This document shows positions 27,822-40,000 of a stretch of DNA of 64,000 nt, in pieces (within the stretch, counting starts at the first letter, position 1; each line of letters opens with the position of its first letter). The notes beneath the pieces were generated by a model. That model made no database searches. It was given only the letters and a program-made list of their open reading frames with translations, and was not told the DNA's origin. Both the position numbers and the translations under genes were made by a program. This DNA comes from an uncultured virus (IMG/VR IMGVR_UViG_3300025623_000002) (Duplodnaviria > Heunggongvirae > Uroviricota > Caudoviricetes): the IMG/VR virus record IMGVR_UViG_3300025623_000002. The stretch is one strand, 5' to 3'.

Positions 27822-28743
27822 AAAGGAATTTATAGATTGGGTTAATATTTATAATGGTAGAATGAATTGCTATACAACTGTTTATGATTTTGATATAGTT
27901 AATGAAAACACGAAAATAGATTCATCTGTTGTATTAAACAGAATGTTTTTAGATTTTGATGCACACGATGAACCCTTAGAAAATGCACATAGAGATTTTA
28001 TGAGTGTCGGAAAGAAACTATCATCATTGAATATAATGTTTAATGCCTATTTCAGTGGCAAAGGTTTTCATATCATTGCACACGGAGAACGAGTTAATGA
28101 TATTAGATGCATTCAACAGTATTATACCGAATTGGCTAAAGACCATCCTACACTTGATAGAACAGGTATTCAAACTAATAGGTTGAGAAGAGTTCCAAAT
28201 ACTTTGAATCTAAGTAGTGGTAAAGAAGGTAATCATTACTTTTGTTCTCCCCTAGACTTTGCTTCTTTAGAAGGAGTTTCTATGTATGATATATTAGTTA
28301 TGGCTAAACATAGAAATCCTATGATAACTACGGGAACGGAAAGAATTGTATTTCCTACCGTGAAACCAATTCACTTAGCAGATATTGAAATTGAAATTCC
28401 CAAACCCATAGGTAAATTACCAATCATACCCTGCTTGCACAATGCTATTATGGTAGAGAATCCTAGTCATTATGCTAGAGTATATTTAGTTCAATGGTAT
28501 AGAGATTTATTAACATTAGGTGAAAGGAATGTTTCTTTAGAACAGCAAAAAGAAGTAATTGATTTAATTATGTCTGAGTTAGAAACAATAGCAACAACAC
28601 CTGAAGTGTGGTTAGATTGGGAATTTAATAAAACTAAAAAGTATGTTACTGGAATTGTATCTAGGGGTTATCATGCAGTGGGTTGTAGTTCTTTAATTAA
28701 TCAAGGATATTGTGTTGGTAAATGTTGGAGATATCACGAATGA
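27742..28743 (+). CDS. Archaeo-eukaryotic primase, catalytic domain fused to a PriL-like C-terminal domain
   Basis: FLDFD, SGKGFH, RLRRVPNT; C-terminal PC...C...C...C; start after GGAGGATAAT. Confidence 0.85.
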   Translation: MKFPREVWAGSHLKNAQQMKRKIVKNKKEFIDWVNIYNGRMNCYTTVYDFDIVNENTKIDSSVVLNRMFLDFDAHDEPLENAHRDFMSVGKKLSSLNIMFNAYFSGKGFHIIAHGERVNDIRCIQQYYTELAKDHPTLDRTGIQTNRLRRVPNTLNLSSGKEGNHYFCSPLDFASLEGVSMYDILVMAKHRNPMITTGTERIVFPTVKPIHLADIEIEIPKPIGKLPIIPCLHNAIMVENPSHYARVYLVQWYRDLLTLGERNVSLEQQKEVIDLIMSELETIATTPEVWLDWEFNKTKKYVTGIVSRGYHAVGCSSLINQGYCVGKCWRYHE

Positions 28744-28886
28744 ATTATTTAAGAAAATATACATGTAAATTATGTAAAGAAACATTTCAGGGCTTTGGAC
28801 ATATGTTATCTAAAGGAGGTTACTGTTGTGATAATTGTAATTATACAAAGGTATTACCGGCTAGATTTAAAGGTGAACATTTATGA
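28740..28886 (+). CDS. Small zinc-finger protein (48 aa, not in ORF track)
   Basis: CKLC...GFGH...CCDNCN..VLPAR; ATGA overlaps at both ends. Confidence 0.7.
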   Translation: MNYLRKYTCKLCKETFQGFGHMLSKGGYCCDNCNYTKVLPARFKGEHL

Positions 28887-29581
28887 AACTAATAATAGAT
28901 AGTAGAGAAAACTCGGAATTAACAGAGAGAGTAATAGAAAAAGCCCAAAGTCTAAATGTCCCATATGAAAAACAATGGTTAGAAATTGGAGATTATGTAT
29001 TCAATGATGTTTGTTTTGAAGCGAAATCTTCTTTCGATTTCATACAATCAATAGTAAATAAAAGATTATGGAATCAATTAGATAACATGGATAGAGCCTA
29101 TGTAAATAATTTAGTTATTGTTTATGGTTCATTCGATGGTGGTTTCAGAAAACACTTAGAATATATTAAAACAAGTATGAACAAATCATCACAAAGAATT
29201 ATTCTTAGGAAGAAATTTTATGGTGCAATAGGAAAAATAATATTAGATACCGATTGTAGTATTATTTGGGTTAAGGATGCATTAACAGCCGCAGAAATTA
29301 TAGCAGTTGTTTGTAAAATGCAACCACATGATAGGGCAGTATATGTTCCTAGAATAGTTAAACAGAAAAAAATTAGCACTACTGATTTAAGAGTAGATGT
29401 ATTATCTACAATTAAAGGAGTTAGTGAGAAAAAAGCAAAATTATTAATTGATACCTTCGGGTCAATTATGGAGATTGGGGAAGCAGACCTATCAGAACTA
29501 TCTGCGTTAAATGGTATAGGGAATGTATTAGCATCCCGTATTATTGAAACATTAAATTCTGAAACTAAACTGCAAATATAG
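28883..29581 (+). CDS. ERCC4/XPF/Mus81-type nuclease with HhH domain
   Basis: IIDSRE, LEIGDY, FEAKS..D, then IKGVS and LNGIG HhH motifs. Confidence 0.9.
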   Translation: MKLIIDSRENSELTERVIEKAQSLNVPYEKQWLEIGDYVFNDVCFEAKSSFDFIQSIVNKRLWNQLDNMDRAYVNNLVIVYGSFDGGFRKHLEYIKTSMNKSSQRIILRKKFYGAIGKIILDTDCSIIWVKDALTAAEIIAVVCKMQPHDRAVYVPRIVKQKKISTTDLRVDVLSTIKGVSEKKAKLLIDTFGSIMEIGEADLSELSALNGIGNVLASRIIETLNSETKLQI

Positions 29582-29591
29582 AGAGATAAAT

Positions 29592-31160
29592 ATGGAAAAT
29601 ATAAATAATAATTTTAATGAAGATGAATTACTAGAAGAAGCAATGAGAAGTCAGTTTAATGAAACTAAAAATACTAAATTGAGTTTACCTAAAATAATAG
29701 AGGATTATGCAGATAGCGCAATAGAAGTATCTAGAAATAATAGAGTTCCTGCAATATTATCCGCCTATTCTTTATTAGGACAAATATGTAAAGAAATGGT
29801 TTACATCCCTAAAGGTAGAGGAACAGAAGATACTAGAGTGCATGTTATTTGGTTACAAACAAGTGGCTCAGGAAAAACTGAAATGTATAATTTTACAGGA
29901 AGAGTTGGACAATATGTTTTTGATATACTTAATGAAAGGTATAGAGATAATGTTGAAGCAGAAAGTTCAGGCGAAAGACATAATAGGTTTTCTATTCATG
30001 GGGTTAAGTCAACTACTGATGCTGCGTTAGTGGGTAAAATGATAATAGAAGATGTTACTGTTACTGATGATGATGGTAATACAACTTATGAGAAAATACC
30101 TAAACAGTTGTTTGGTGGTTTAGAAGGTGATGGGCTTTGTGTATATGATGAGTTTGAATATTCAGGAGTATTCAAACCAACACAACATAAACAAGAAGTG
30201 GTTATGTATCTAAATACTTTTATGAATACTTTGGCAGGTGAAAATTATCGTATCACTAGACAATTAGCAGAAGGTGGAGAAATGTATTGTGATAGTAGAC
30301 GTTCATTATATGCAACATCATATATTCCCAAAACATTAACAACTGTTATCGCTGAAACCGGACTACTGCAACGCTGTTTAATCTATATTAGAGAAGTTCC
30401 AATAGAAGAACAAAATCAAATTAGAGAAAAGTTAAGTCATGATTATGGTAATATTATAGATACACAAACTCCCATTAATAATTTTGGTAATGCTTTTGTA
30501 GAAATATATGAAACCTTGAAAGAAAGATATGATGATGAACCATTAATAATAAATGATAATATGACGGAACAACAAATTAAAGAAGCCGAAGTTATTAGAA
30601 GAAAGAAAATTGTTACTTTTTCTAAGGGAGTAAACGACACAATAATTAATGAAACAATCAAATTTCAGAATTTTGTACATAATAGCAGACCTGCTGTAAT
30701 AGAAATAGCAAATAATTTTATTACTAGAATGCAAGTAAGTATGGTTAGGTTAGCCGTCTTGTCTTGTATTGCTGAAGCACCTAAATTACCGGTGAAAGAT
30801 AGGTTTAAATTAACTAATAAACATGTGTTACAAGCATCTCATGTAACCCAACAGTGTTATAAATCTCTTGTATTGTGGTTAGATTCAGCATTAAGAGCCG
30901 AAAGACTATCTTCTGCAAAGAAACAAAAATTAGATGTGTTCAAAAATGAATACCAAAGACTAGTAGATAATAAAAAATCAACTCAAATAGAAGGACAAAC
31001 AGGAGAGTGGGTAAATAAATCAGTGCTATTGGAAACAGTAAGAATAGCGAGTAATAAGTCGCCCGCAACAATATATAGAAATTACAAATCTAATGCGGAG
31101 TTTTATGAAGAAGTTAAACATAATAAAAGTAGATTTGTAAAAATTAAAGGAAGTAAATAA
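29592..31160 (+). CDS. AAA+ ATPase, putative MCM-like replicative helicase
   Basis: SGSGKT, TDAALVG, VYDE, GLLQR; in the replication cluster. Confidence 0.7.
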   Translation: MENINNNFNEDELLEEAMRSQFNETKNTKLSLPKIIEDYADSAIEVSRNNRVPAILSAYSLLGQICKEMVYIPKGRGTEDTRVHVIWLQTSGSGKTEMYNFTGRVGQYVFDILNERYRDNVEAESSGERHNRFSIHGVKSTTDAALVGKMIIEDVTVTDDDGNTTYEKIPKQLFGGLEGDGLCVYDEFEYSGVFKPTQHKQEVVMYLNTFMNTLAGENYRITRQLAEGGEMYCDSRRSLYATSYIPKTLTTVIAETGLLQRCLIYIREVPIEEQNQIREKLSHDYGNIIDTQTPINNFGNAFVEIYETLKERYDDEPLIINDNMTEQQIKEAEVIRRKKIVTFSKGVNDTIINETIKFQNFVHNSRPAVIEIANNFITRMQVSMVRLAVLSCIAEAPKLPVKDRFKLTNKHVLQASHVTQQCYKSLVLWLDSALRAERLSSAKKQKLDVFKNEYQRLVDNKKSTQIEGQTGEWVNKSVLLETVRIASNKSPATIYRNYKSNAEFYEEVKHNKSRFVKIKGSK

Positions 31161-31161
31161 A

Positions 31162-31416
31162 ATGACTGATAAAAAAACATATGAACATACATTCCAAATG
31201 TATCAAGTAAAAGATGGGCCGAAAGTAATGATAGAGTCGCTTAACACTTTAGGACAAGAAGGTTGGGCGTTAGCAACAGTAATGAATATAGGAACAGACC
31301 GATTAATAGCATTTTTAATTAGAGATACTACTAAGGAATCACCTAACGCTAAGAAGGCAGATTTAGATAAAACTGTTGCTCTATGGTCTGCTACTGGAGA
31401 AAGTGATGATGAATGA
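31162..31416 (+). CDS. DUF4177-like small protein
   Basis: LNTLGQEGWAL motif. Confidence 0.65.
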   Translation: MTDKKTYEHTFQMYQVKDGPKVMIESLNTLGQEGWALATVMNIGTDRLIAFLIRDTTKESPNAKKADLDKTVALWSATGESDDE

Positions 31417-31506
31417 AATGGTTTAAACGAAATGATTATTCTTTGTATAAAGCACATTTAAAATGGATGAAAAGCAATTACAAAATATCTTCAAAAAGTC
31501 CACCGG

Positions 31507-32115
31507 ATGATGATGATGCCTAATATATTAGCAATAGATTTAGAAACAAAAAACATGTCTTATGATATAGGCGGGTGGGATAATACTCACATGTTTAAAG
31601 TATCTACAGTTTGCACTTGGGATGGTGATGTTGGCACAATTTATATTGATAAAGCAGTTGATGATTTAAAGAAATCTAATATTACTATTAAACCATTATC
31701 AGAACTTAAGTTTGATTTAGATAACCATTTTGAAAAAGGTGGAAAATTGTTAGGACATAATATTAGAAATTTTGATTTACCGGTATTAAAGAATGCAATG
31801 GATATTTATTGTATCAAAAAATACTTTGATAATCCTGATTCTTATATTGATACAAGTGCAATTCTTTCTAAAGAACATGGAGAAAGATATAGTCTTTCTA
31901 ATTTAGTTCAACATACATTAGGTTCAGATAAATTAATGGATAGTTCCGATGCACCTAAGATTTGGAAAACCGGTGGCTACTCGCAAGTAGCAGAATATTG
32001 TTTGAAGGATTGTGAGTTAGTTTATGACTTATGGAAGCATGGGGTCGAGAACCAAATAGTTAAAGGCTTCTCCCTTGAAGAAGCAATTGAGAAAGATTTG
32101 GAGGTGATGTGGTAA
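31507..32115 (+). CDS. DEDD 3'-5' exonuclease (RNase H-like fold)
   Basis: DLET, GHNI..FD, YCLKD. Confidence 0.88.
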   Translation: MMMMPNILAIDLETKNMSYDIGGWDNTHMFKVSTVCTWDGDVGTIYIDKAVDDLKKSNITIKPLSELKFDLDNHFEKGGKLLGHNIRNFDLPVLKNAMDIYCIKKYFDNPDSYIDTSAILSKEHGERYSLSNLVQHTLGSDKLMDSSDAPKIWKTGGYSQVAEYCLKDCELVYDLWKHGVENQIVKGFSLEEAIEKDLEVMW

Positions 32116-32276
32116 TGGCTTTAAGTGCAACATCTATTGTTTTATGGTGTGTATTCATAATTGTGATTTCTTTGTTATTCTTTGCTGCTTTTGGTAATAG
32201 TAAATATACCGAAGATAGCATAGAAGATTACATGAGTAATCTAATTAATGAGGAACAAAAACGTGGCTCTAGTTGA
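32115..32276 (+). CDS. Small single-TM protein (53 aa, not in ORF track)
   Basis: MALSATSIVLWCVFIIVISLLFFAAFG...; GGAGGTGA RBS. Confidence 0.7.
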   Translation: MALSATSIVLWCVFIIVISLLFFAAFGNSKYTEDSIEDYMSNLINEEQKRGSS

Positions 32277-32400
32277 GGTTTGTAACTTCTGTAAAGAAGA
32301 AACAATACCTAGAAGGATTCGCGGGGTCTATGTTGGTAGTCTTGATGAAATCAAGATTTGGCAATGTAGAATATGTAAGGCGTTATGGTCGAATAGTTAA
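32263..32400 (+). CDS. Small Zn-ribbon protein (45 aa, GTG start, not in ORF track)
   Basis: CNFC...WQCRICKALW; GAGGAA upstream. Confidence 0.65.
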   Translation: MALVEVCNFCKEETIPRRIRGVYVGSLDEIKIWQCRICKALWSNS

Positions 32401-32456
32401 ATAATTATTCGGTCATAACGCTGGTTTTTTTTTTTTGGATTTTTTTTTTGTCTTTT
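32381..32456 (+). terminator. Hairpin plus poly-T terminator at the convergence of the two arms
   Basis: CGTTATGGTCGAATAGTT pairs with AATTATTCGGTCATAACG (G-U allowed), followed by T12 and T10 tracts. Confidence 0.75.
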
Positions 32457-32635
32457 CATTAAATTACTATTCTTAAGTTATTTAAGGATAGTAAAATTTA
32501 TGAAGAAATTTGCTTTGAGAGTATATAAACTCCACAATGTAAAAATAGTAGTTAGTGTAGTAAACACACCATGAGGGATGATATGTCTTTTTGGATGAGG
32601 TATCTTTACGCACTTATTACAGTTGATATTGAAGA

Positions 32636-32941
32636 TTAACAATCCACGCCGTCTGTAAAACCATCTTGCGTCTTTAAGTTAAGGTAGCATTGTTTGATTA
32701 TATTGTACTGAGTCTTAGAACCGTTTTCAGTCATCAAAAAGTTACCATTGAAGCCACCAACAGGTGAAGCATCATCAGCATAAGCATCATCCGATGCGTA
32801 TATCTTTCCATTGTATTGAACAGGGTATGTTTTATTCCCTTCTTCATCTACTTCTTTATTACATCTAGTATCAACTATTACACATATAGCGTATTCACAA
32901 GTTATTCCGTAGGGCGTTTCGTATTCAATTTTTAGTGCCAT
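32636..32941 (-). CDS. Small tail-fibre-associated protein
   Basis: MALKIEYETPYG...CYLNLKT..F; last gene of the tail operon; start adjusted from 32992. Confidence 0.65.
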   Translation of the reverse strand: MALKIEYETPYGITCEYAICVIVDTRCNKEVDEEGNKTYPVQYNGKIYASDDAYADDASPVGGFNGNFLMTENGSKTQYNIIKQCYLNLKTQDGFTDGVDC

Positions 32942-32945
32942 TTTA

Positions 32946-33485
32946 TCAACTCCACACCCCGATGCTATTACAAAAGGGTGAGTATCTATCATTCATTAAT
33001 GTATTGTATTCTTTCATTGATAGTGAGTTATCAACCAGCCAAGTATCGAACCAAGCAATATCCCAACTTGAATCAGTTGGTATTTCCCATGTTTCTATAT
33101 CTTCTTGTATAAGTGTAAAGCGTTCATCTTTAGAACAGTGTTCCCAAACAAGGTCTATTACATCTTGTGAGTTTTCAATAATTGTGACCGAAGTAATATC
33201 TGTATTGTCTATTAGAACTTGATTAACTAACCCTATTCCTAAACCGCCGATTAAAACATCTCCTGTTGCATTATCCCATAGCCATTGATGCTCATTGTAT
33301 TCTGCTTCTGAATCTTGCATGATAGGCATAACACAATTTGATTTAAGAAGCACTGTATAATTCGTATGGGTTTCATCTTTCATACTAAGGTAAGTTTGCC
33401 AATTATTATCTGTTGTTTCATTTGAATAATTAGCAATTTCAAAATCACCACTTGTTCCTGTTGGAATATTAACATTAATTTTCAT
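32946..33485 (-). CDS. Class I SAM-dependent methyltransferase / spermidine-synthase-like protein
   Basis: VLIGGLGIG, IIE, DIAWFDTW. Confidence 0.8.
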   Translation of the reverse strand: MKINVNIPTGTSGDFEIANYSNETTDNNWQTYLSMKDETHTNYTVLLKSNCVMPIMQDSEAEYNEHQWLWDNATGDVLIGGLGIGLVNQVLIDNTDITSVTIIENSQDVIDLVWEHCSKDERFTLIQEDIETWEIPTDSSWDIAWFDTWLVDNSLSMKEYNTLMNDRYSPFCNSIGVWS

Positions 33486-33486
33486 A

Positions 33487-34068
33487 TCAATCCCCTCTAT
33501 CTCCTGCTGTCCAAATTATTTTAACGGTTATATCAGGGCTAATAGATGTTGAACCTGCTGAATTAGTTGCTGTTCCTCTAACTTTGAATTGAAGCCAATC
33601 ATCAGCATCACCCCAAGTTAAACCGCCTCGACCTCCACCTGCATCTATTTTTACATATCCGCCAATACCGAGATGAGGGTCTAATACATTTTGTGTAGTG
33701 GACATACTTGAAGTCACCAATGATGTTGTTACACCACTAAGTTGGCCTGTTAAATCATGTAAAAGATAAGAATAACTTGTTGCTCCTGTTGCCCTAAGAT
33801 ATGCACCTATTCTAATGTTAATATTATTTGCACCAGAAAAAAGATTTAATTCAGTTATATCTAATTCAGTTATTATAGAACTACCACTTGCTACTACACC
33901 CTCTTGCATGTGTATGTTTTCTTCGGGTGTTGAACCATCATATGCTTTAGTGATAACTGCATCATCGTAATTACTACTTACTGATGTTGCTAATGATACA
34001 TCCGTTGGTGCAGAAGCAACTGCTTGTCCTGCTTGTGCTACAACACCTACTGTTCCCATAAAACTCAT
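33487..34068 (-). CDS. Putative minor virion / fibre-associated protein
   Basis: S/T/G-rich beta protein directly after the fibre gene; start MSFMGTVG. Confidence 0.6.
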   Translation of the reverse strand: MSFMGTVGVVAQAGQAVASAPTDVSLATSVSSNYDDAVITKAYDGSTPEENIHMQEGVVASGSSIITELDITELNLFSGANNINIRIGAYLRATGATSYSYLLHDLTGQLSGVTTSLVTSSMSTTQNVLDPHLGIGGYVKIDAGGGRGGLTWGDADDWLQFKVRGTATNSAGSTSISPDITVKIIWTAGDRGD

Positions 34069-34073
34069 TTGAA

Positions 34074-37000
34074 TCAACCTACCTGAATCCAATTGTTTGC
34101 AGTAACACAAACAAACGATGCTAACTCATGGTCTGCTATTGCTGTTGTTGCATTTGTTGCACTAGTAAACCCTGCTATCATAGCACAATTAGTAGCATTA
34201 ACTGCAACAGTAGCAGAAGCACCTGTATTATTAATTACAGTATATTGAGTTCCTACTGTTCCACTTGCAGGTAGTGTTAATGTTCCACTAGTCCAATAAG
34301 CGTAAGAACCTGTTTGCGCTAATGTTAATGTTGTATTACCTGCTACTGCTACTACTACTGCTTGAGAATTAATACCACCTACTGAATTACCTGTAATCCA
34401 AACAGGACTACCATCACCGGAACTTATTGATAATTGGTCATTACCTGTTGCACTTGCTACATCTGCCGCACCAATTACAACATTGTTATCGCCCGTAGTG
34501 ATGTTATCTCCGGCATAACTACCAATCAAGATGTTACTATGCGCCCCATTAGCAAGAGCCGAACCCGAATAAAATCCTATTGTCGTATTTTTCTCACCGT
34601 AAGTCATAACGGAGGAGGACATTCTTCCAATAGCAGTATTCGCATAACTGTTGCCTGTTAATAGTCTCAAGGCATTCTGTCCTATTGCTACATTTTCTCC
34701 GTAAATCAAGGTCGCAGTAAGAGCATCATGTCCTATTGCTACATTGGAGTGACCTTCGGTAATCCCACCACCCGCATTATACCCAAGTGCTACATTTTGG
34801 TCGCCGGAAGTCAAAACATCAAGAGCATAATTTCCAATCGCTATGTTCTTCTCTCCACCAGCAACAGCACCGCCGAGAGCATCGTAACCTATTGCTATGT
34901 TGTCTGATTCGGTATCTGCTCCATTGTATGCGCCTGTTCCTATGCCGATATTTCTTAACCCGCTTGTGTTTGCATACAACGCCAAATCACCAATTGCGAT
35001 ATTATCGTTTCCTGTTGTATCTTTCATCGCGGATTTTCCAAGTGCGATATTTCGTTGACCCGTAGTAAGTGATTCTAATGTGCCTGACCCAATCCCAATG
35101 TTGTTTGTTCCACTTGATAGTCTTCTTAATGATTGAAGCCCTATTCCTAAATTGTAAGAACCCGTCACAGCATTCATTGAGGCGGTTTGTGCGCCTATCA
35201 TCACATTGTAAGTTCCTGATGAAATTGCTTTTCCGGCCTGATAACCGATTCCAATGTTAGAGAATCCTGCTTCTAAATCCGCTAATGCCTCTTTACCAAC
35301 ACCAACAGACCATGATGAGTTAAATGAAACATCATCCATAGCACCTGAACCAAGAGCCAAACTACCGAGCGTATTATTGAAAACAGCATCAGATAAACCA
35401 TCAATAGCAGTAGCACCACCACTTGAAACAGTAGCCCAAGTGTTATCGCCTCTAAGATAAGTTGAACTTGATGCAGTTCCGGTTGCTGAAAGCATAGCAA
35501 TATCAACCGCATCTGTCGCTATTGTTGTAGCATTCCCAACACTTGTTACATCACCTGTTAAGTTTGCATTAGTAGTATGTGTGTAGTTGTTGTAACCATA
35601 CGATAGAATCTTATCTTGTATTGCAGCAGAAGTCATTAAAGAAGTATCGTTATCTGCAAATGATTCAGATGATATTTGTAAACTACCTGCTGCTAATTCA
35701 GATACAGTTAAACCACCTACATTCAATGTAGGATTAACTGTACTTGTTCCAGTTTGAGTCATTCCTGTTCCGGCTGTAACTGATGTAACAGTTCCACTTC
35801 CACCACCTAAAGTAACCCATGCTCCATCACCTCTCAAGAACTTAGAAATATCTGCTGTACCTGCAAATGGTACTAATCCACCTGCTAAATCAGTAGCATT
35901 AGTAGCATCAGCACCTTCAAACTGTTTAATTTCTAATGTTTTTGAACCACCTAATGTAATTTGTTTTTCGTGTTCAGTTTTAAAGGTTGTATTTATATTA
36001 TGACCGGTAGCAGTTGTTCCCTTGTGTCCTCTAATTAATCCTGTTAAATTTCTCAGTTGTTTACCTGTGTATTTTATTTTTTCACTACCAATATCAATAA
36101 CACCTGAAGATGGGAAAGTATCTGCCTGTGCTTGAGATGCACAAATTATAGTGGTAACAGAAGAACTGATTTCTACTCCTAATGAACCTGCACCTATTTG
36201 AGTATTAGCAACAGCAAACCCACTAACTTTAGCACCTGTAACTGCATCATCAGCAATCTTTGCTTCTATTACTGCATCAGCAAGTATTTGACCTGAATCA
36301 ATTGAATTATCAGCCATCTTAGCATTAGTAATTTGGTCAGTTCCAATTTTTTGAGTAGTAATTGCACCACTTGCAATCTTTGATTCTACAATTGCACTAC
36401 TTGCAATTCTTGCTATTGGTAGTGTTCCTGTTGTTAATTTATCCGCATCTATTCCACTAAGAAGTTTAGTATTAGAAATTGAACCTGCTAATTGAGCATT
36501 AGTAATTGTGCCTGTTAAACTAGTAGTAGGTAATGCTGTTGCATTTGTTAATACTAAAGCAGAAGGTGTTCCTAATGCGGGTGTAGTAAGAGTAGGACTT
36601 GTTAATGTCTTAAGTGTTAATGTCTGTTCAGTATCTAACTGAACAATGTTGCTATTTGTAATGCTAGAAATCTTAGTAGCAGTTGCGGCATTTCCTGTTG
36701 TTGAAGCAGAAGAACCTGTTATACTACCTGCGATAGCAGATGAAAAAGTTTTAGTTCCCGCAATAGTTTGATTACCACTTGTTACTACAATGTCGCTGTT
36801 TGTTATAGAAGCAATCTTTGTGGCCGTATCAGCATTACCTGTTACATCACCTGTTACATCACCTGTTACATCACCTGTTAAATCACCTGTTAATGCTCCT
36901 GTAAAGGTTGCCGCCTTCATATTTGCATAAGAAGCAATAGTTACATTTCCAGCAGTAGTCCCTGTATCTAATGTATTAATTGCTGCCCATGTATCTGCGG

Positions 37001-40000
37001 ATTCATCCCAAATGATACCAACATTAGTTGATGAACCTCTTTCACCTATTAATCCTATATCAACAGATGGTGTTCCTGATTGTCCATTAGCCATGTATAT
37101 TAATGGGTCTTCAACACTTAGCGTTGCAGTATTAACTGTAACTGTATCTCCACTAACAGTTAAATTACCAGCAATAGTTACATCATCAGGTAATCCAATT
37201 GTTATTGTTCCACTACTTTCTGCTACTGTAACTTCATCAGAAGTTCCAGCAAATGTAATTGTTCCACCCAAAGAAGTAGCAGTAGTATTAGTGCCGTCTG
37301 AAACCGTTATTGCAGAATTACTTAGTTTAGCATTAGCAATTGAACCTGCTAAATGCTCATTATCAATACTTCCATCTACATAATGAACACTATCTATACC
37401 ATCTTCTAAGAGGGTTTTTATTTCAGTAGCAGTTTGGTCTGCCGTAGCACCGCTTTCAGGATTGGTTGACCAACTAAATAATGTTGCTATTTCAGCAGCA
37501 GTTTGGTCATCAGTAGCAGCAGCATCTCCTGTATAACCTAATTGTGCTAAAGTCATTGTTCTCTTAGTCATGGCTGTAATATGACCTGTGCTGTTAGTAG
37601 TTAATGTATCAATGACTTCTGCATTAGCAGTATCTATATTTGTAGTAGCATAACTTGGGTGACTATAAACTGTATCTGTATAAACTCCACCTATAGCAGT
37701 TTGCATTTCTGCTTGAGTAATACCAGACTTAAGAGTAGGTGTTCCTGATGCATCATATATTGCTGCATTACCACTATCACCACTAACATTGGCTTCTGCA
37801 CCAACAGGCGCGTGTGATGCTTGAGAATGAGTATAGGCTGTATCATAATTAGTTTTGAGGGCATTAGTAAGATTGTTTTGAGTAAGCCCACCATCACCTA
37901 CTGAATAGGTAGTATTGGTATCAGTAGAAGCAATAGTAACCGCACCAGCAGATTCAGTAATAGTAACATTAGAACCTGCTGTAAATGCTAAAGTCTCAGA
38001 AGAACTTAATGTGTTGCCTCCTGCTGTTATTCCTCTCCATGTGTTTGTGTCGGTTGTAATATATCCACTATCATTAGTCCATTGAGATATATTACCTCCT
38101 TTGTTAGTAAAGGTTTGTGAGTTGCTTGCAGTAGTAGTTCCAGTATTAGTAGTATAACCAAAGCCTGTGACGAATGTATGTATTTGGTCTGCTGTTGCTA
38201 AACCCGTTCCACTATCTGCTATTGCGGCTGTGCTTAAGACCGCACCCGTTCCTAATCCCAAGTTAGACCTTGCAGTTGAAGCACTTGCTAAATCTGATAA
38301 ATTACTTGCTTTTGCTAATTTCAGCCCTATGGTTGTAGCAGTAGTAGTAGCGAAGTTTGGGTCATCCCCCAAAGCATCTCCTAATTCAGCAAGAGTGTTA
38401 AGTAAAGTTGGTGCGCCAGTTGTTAGTGCTGTTATCGCAGAAGCATTTGTCGCTACTTCAGTATCTACATAAGCCTTAATTGATTGTTGAGAAGCAGCAG
38501 CAGTAGCACTATTGGTAGCCATGTTATCTTCATCTAACAGCGTTAATTGTGTATTTGTGTCTGTGTAATTAGAAGAGTGAATAGTGCCTGCGCTTGCCCC
38601 TGTCCAATCAATATGTTCATTAGCAACAAAGCCGGTTAAATCATCATGAGTAAAATCAGAAGATGAATATGTAGTATTAGTGTCTGTAGAAGCAATAGTA
38701 ACCGCACCAGCAGATTCAGTAATAGTTACATTAGAACCGGCTGTAAAGGCTAATGTTTCTGAAGCAGATAATGTGTTACCACCAGCAGTTACACCTCTCC
38801 ATGTATTTGTATCAGTATATGATGTGATAAAGCCAGCACCATTGGTTAATTGATTATTATTAGTAGGTATAGTTGTTGAAGTAAATGCGTTTGCACCAAA
38901 CTCATAAGTTCGATTTGTTGTGCCATTAACTGAAAATGTAAGAGTATTAGATGATTTAGTAATACCATCAAGATAATAATTAGAAGCACCTGCTGTAACT
39001 TCAGCATCAACATATGCTTTAACCGATTCAGCAGATGCAACATTAGATGATGAAGCACCCGACATTGTATCGCTATCTATTAGAGTTAATTGTGTATTAG
39101 TATCTGTTGAAACAAAATCTATCGTTCCATCTCCGTCTTGATAGGTAACTGCAATGTTTGTTTCTGTATTGCCTGTAAGCATTCCACCTACAATATCTTG
39201 AACTTCTTCAGTAGATAATTGGGTGTTCGTATATGATGTAATATACCCACTATTATTAGTCCATTGAGATATGTTTCCACCTTTATTAGTGAATGTTTGT
39301 GAATTGCTTGCAGTAGTAGTTCCGGTATTAGTTGTATAACCTAAGCCTGTAACAAATGTATGAATTTGGTCAGCCGTTGCTAATCCAGCCCCGCCATTTG
39401 CTATTGCTGCGGTGCTTAATACTGCACCTGTTCCTAATCCTAAGTTTGTTCTTGCTGTTCCAGCATTAGCCAAATCTGAAAGGTTACTTGCCTTTGCAAG
39501 TTTAGTGCCTATACTTGTAGCAATAGTCGTTGAGAAAGAAGCGTCATCACCTAAAGCCGCCGCTAATTCATTCAAAGTATTTAGAGCCGCAGGTGATGAA
39601 TCAATAAGACCGGTTACTTCAGCATCAACATAAGCCTTAACTGACTGTTGACTTGCAACAGATGTAGCACTATTAGAACTCATATCATCTTGGTCTAATA
39701 GTGTTAGTTGAGTATTAGTATCTGTAAATACCGCACCTGAAGGAACGGCAGTAGCAACTGTTAAACCATTTACTGTATTTGCATTAATAGTCATTGCATT
39801 AATTTGACTAGCAGTTAATTGTGTATTAGTGTCTGTTGAAGCAATAGTTACATCACCAGCACTTTCAGTAATAGTAACATTTGAACCAGCAACAAAATCT
39901 AAGTTTTCAGAAAGAGTCCCAAGAGTATTTCCACCAGCAGTAATTGTTCTCCATGTATTTGTATCTGTATTTGTATCTGTAGATGCAATAGTAATTGTAT

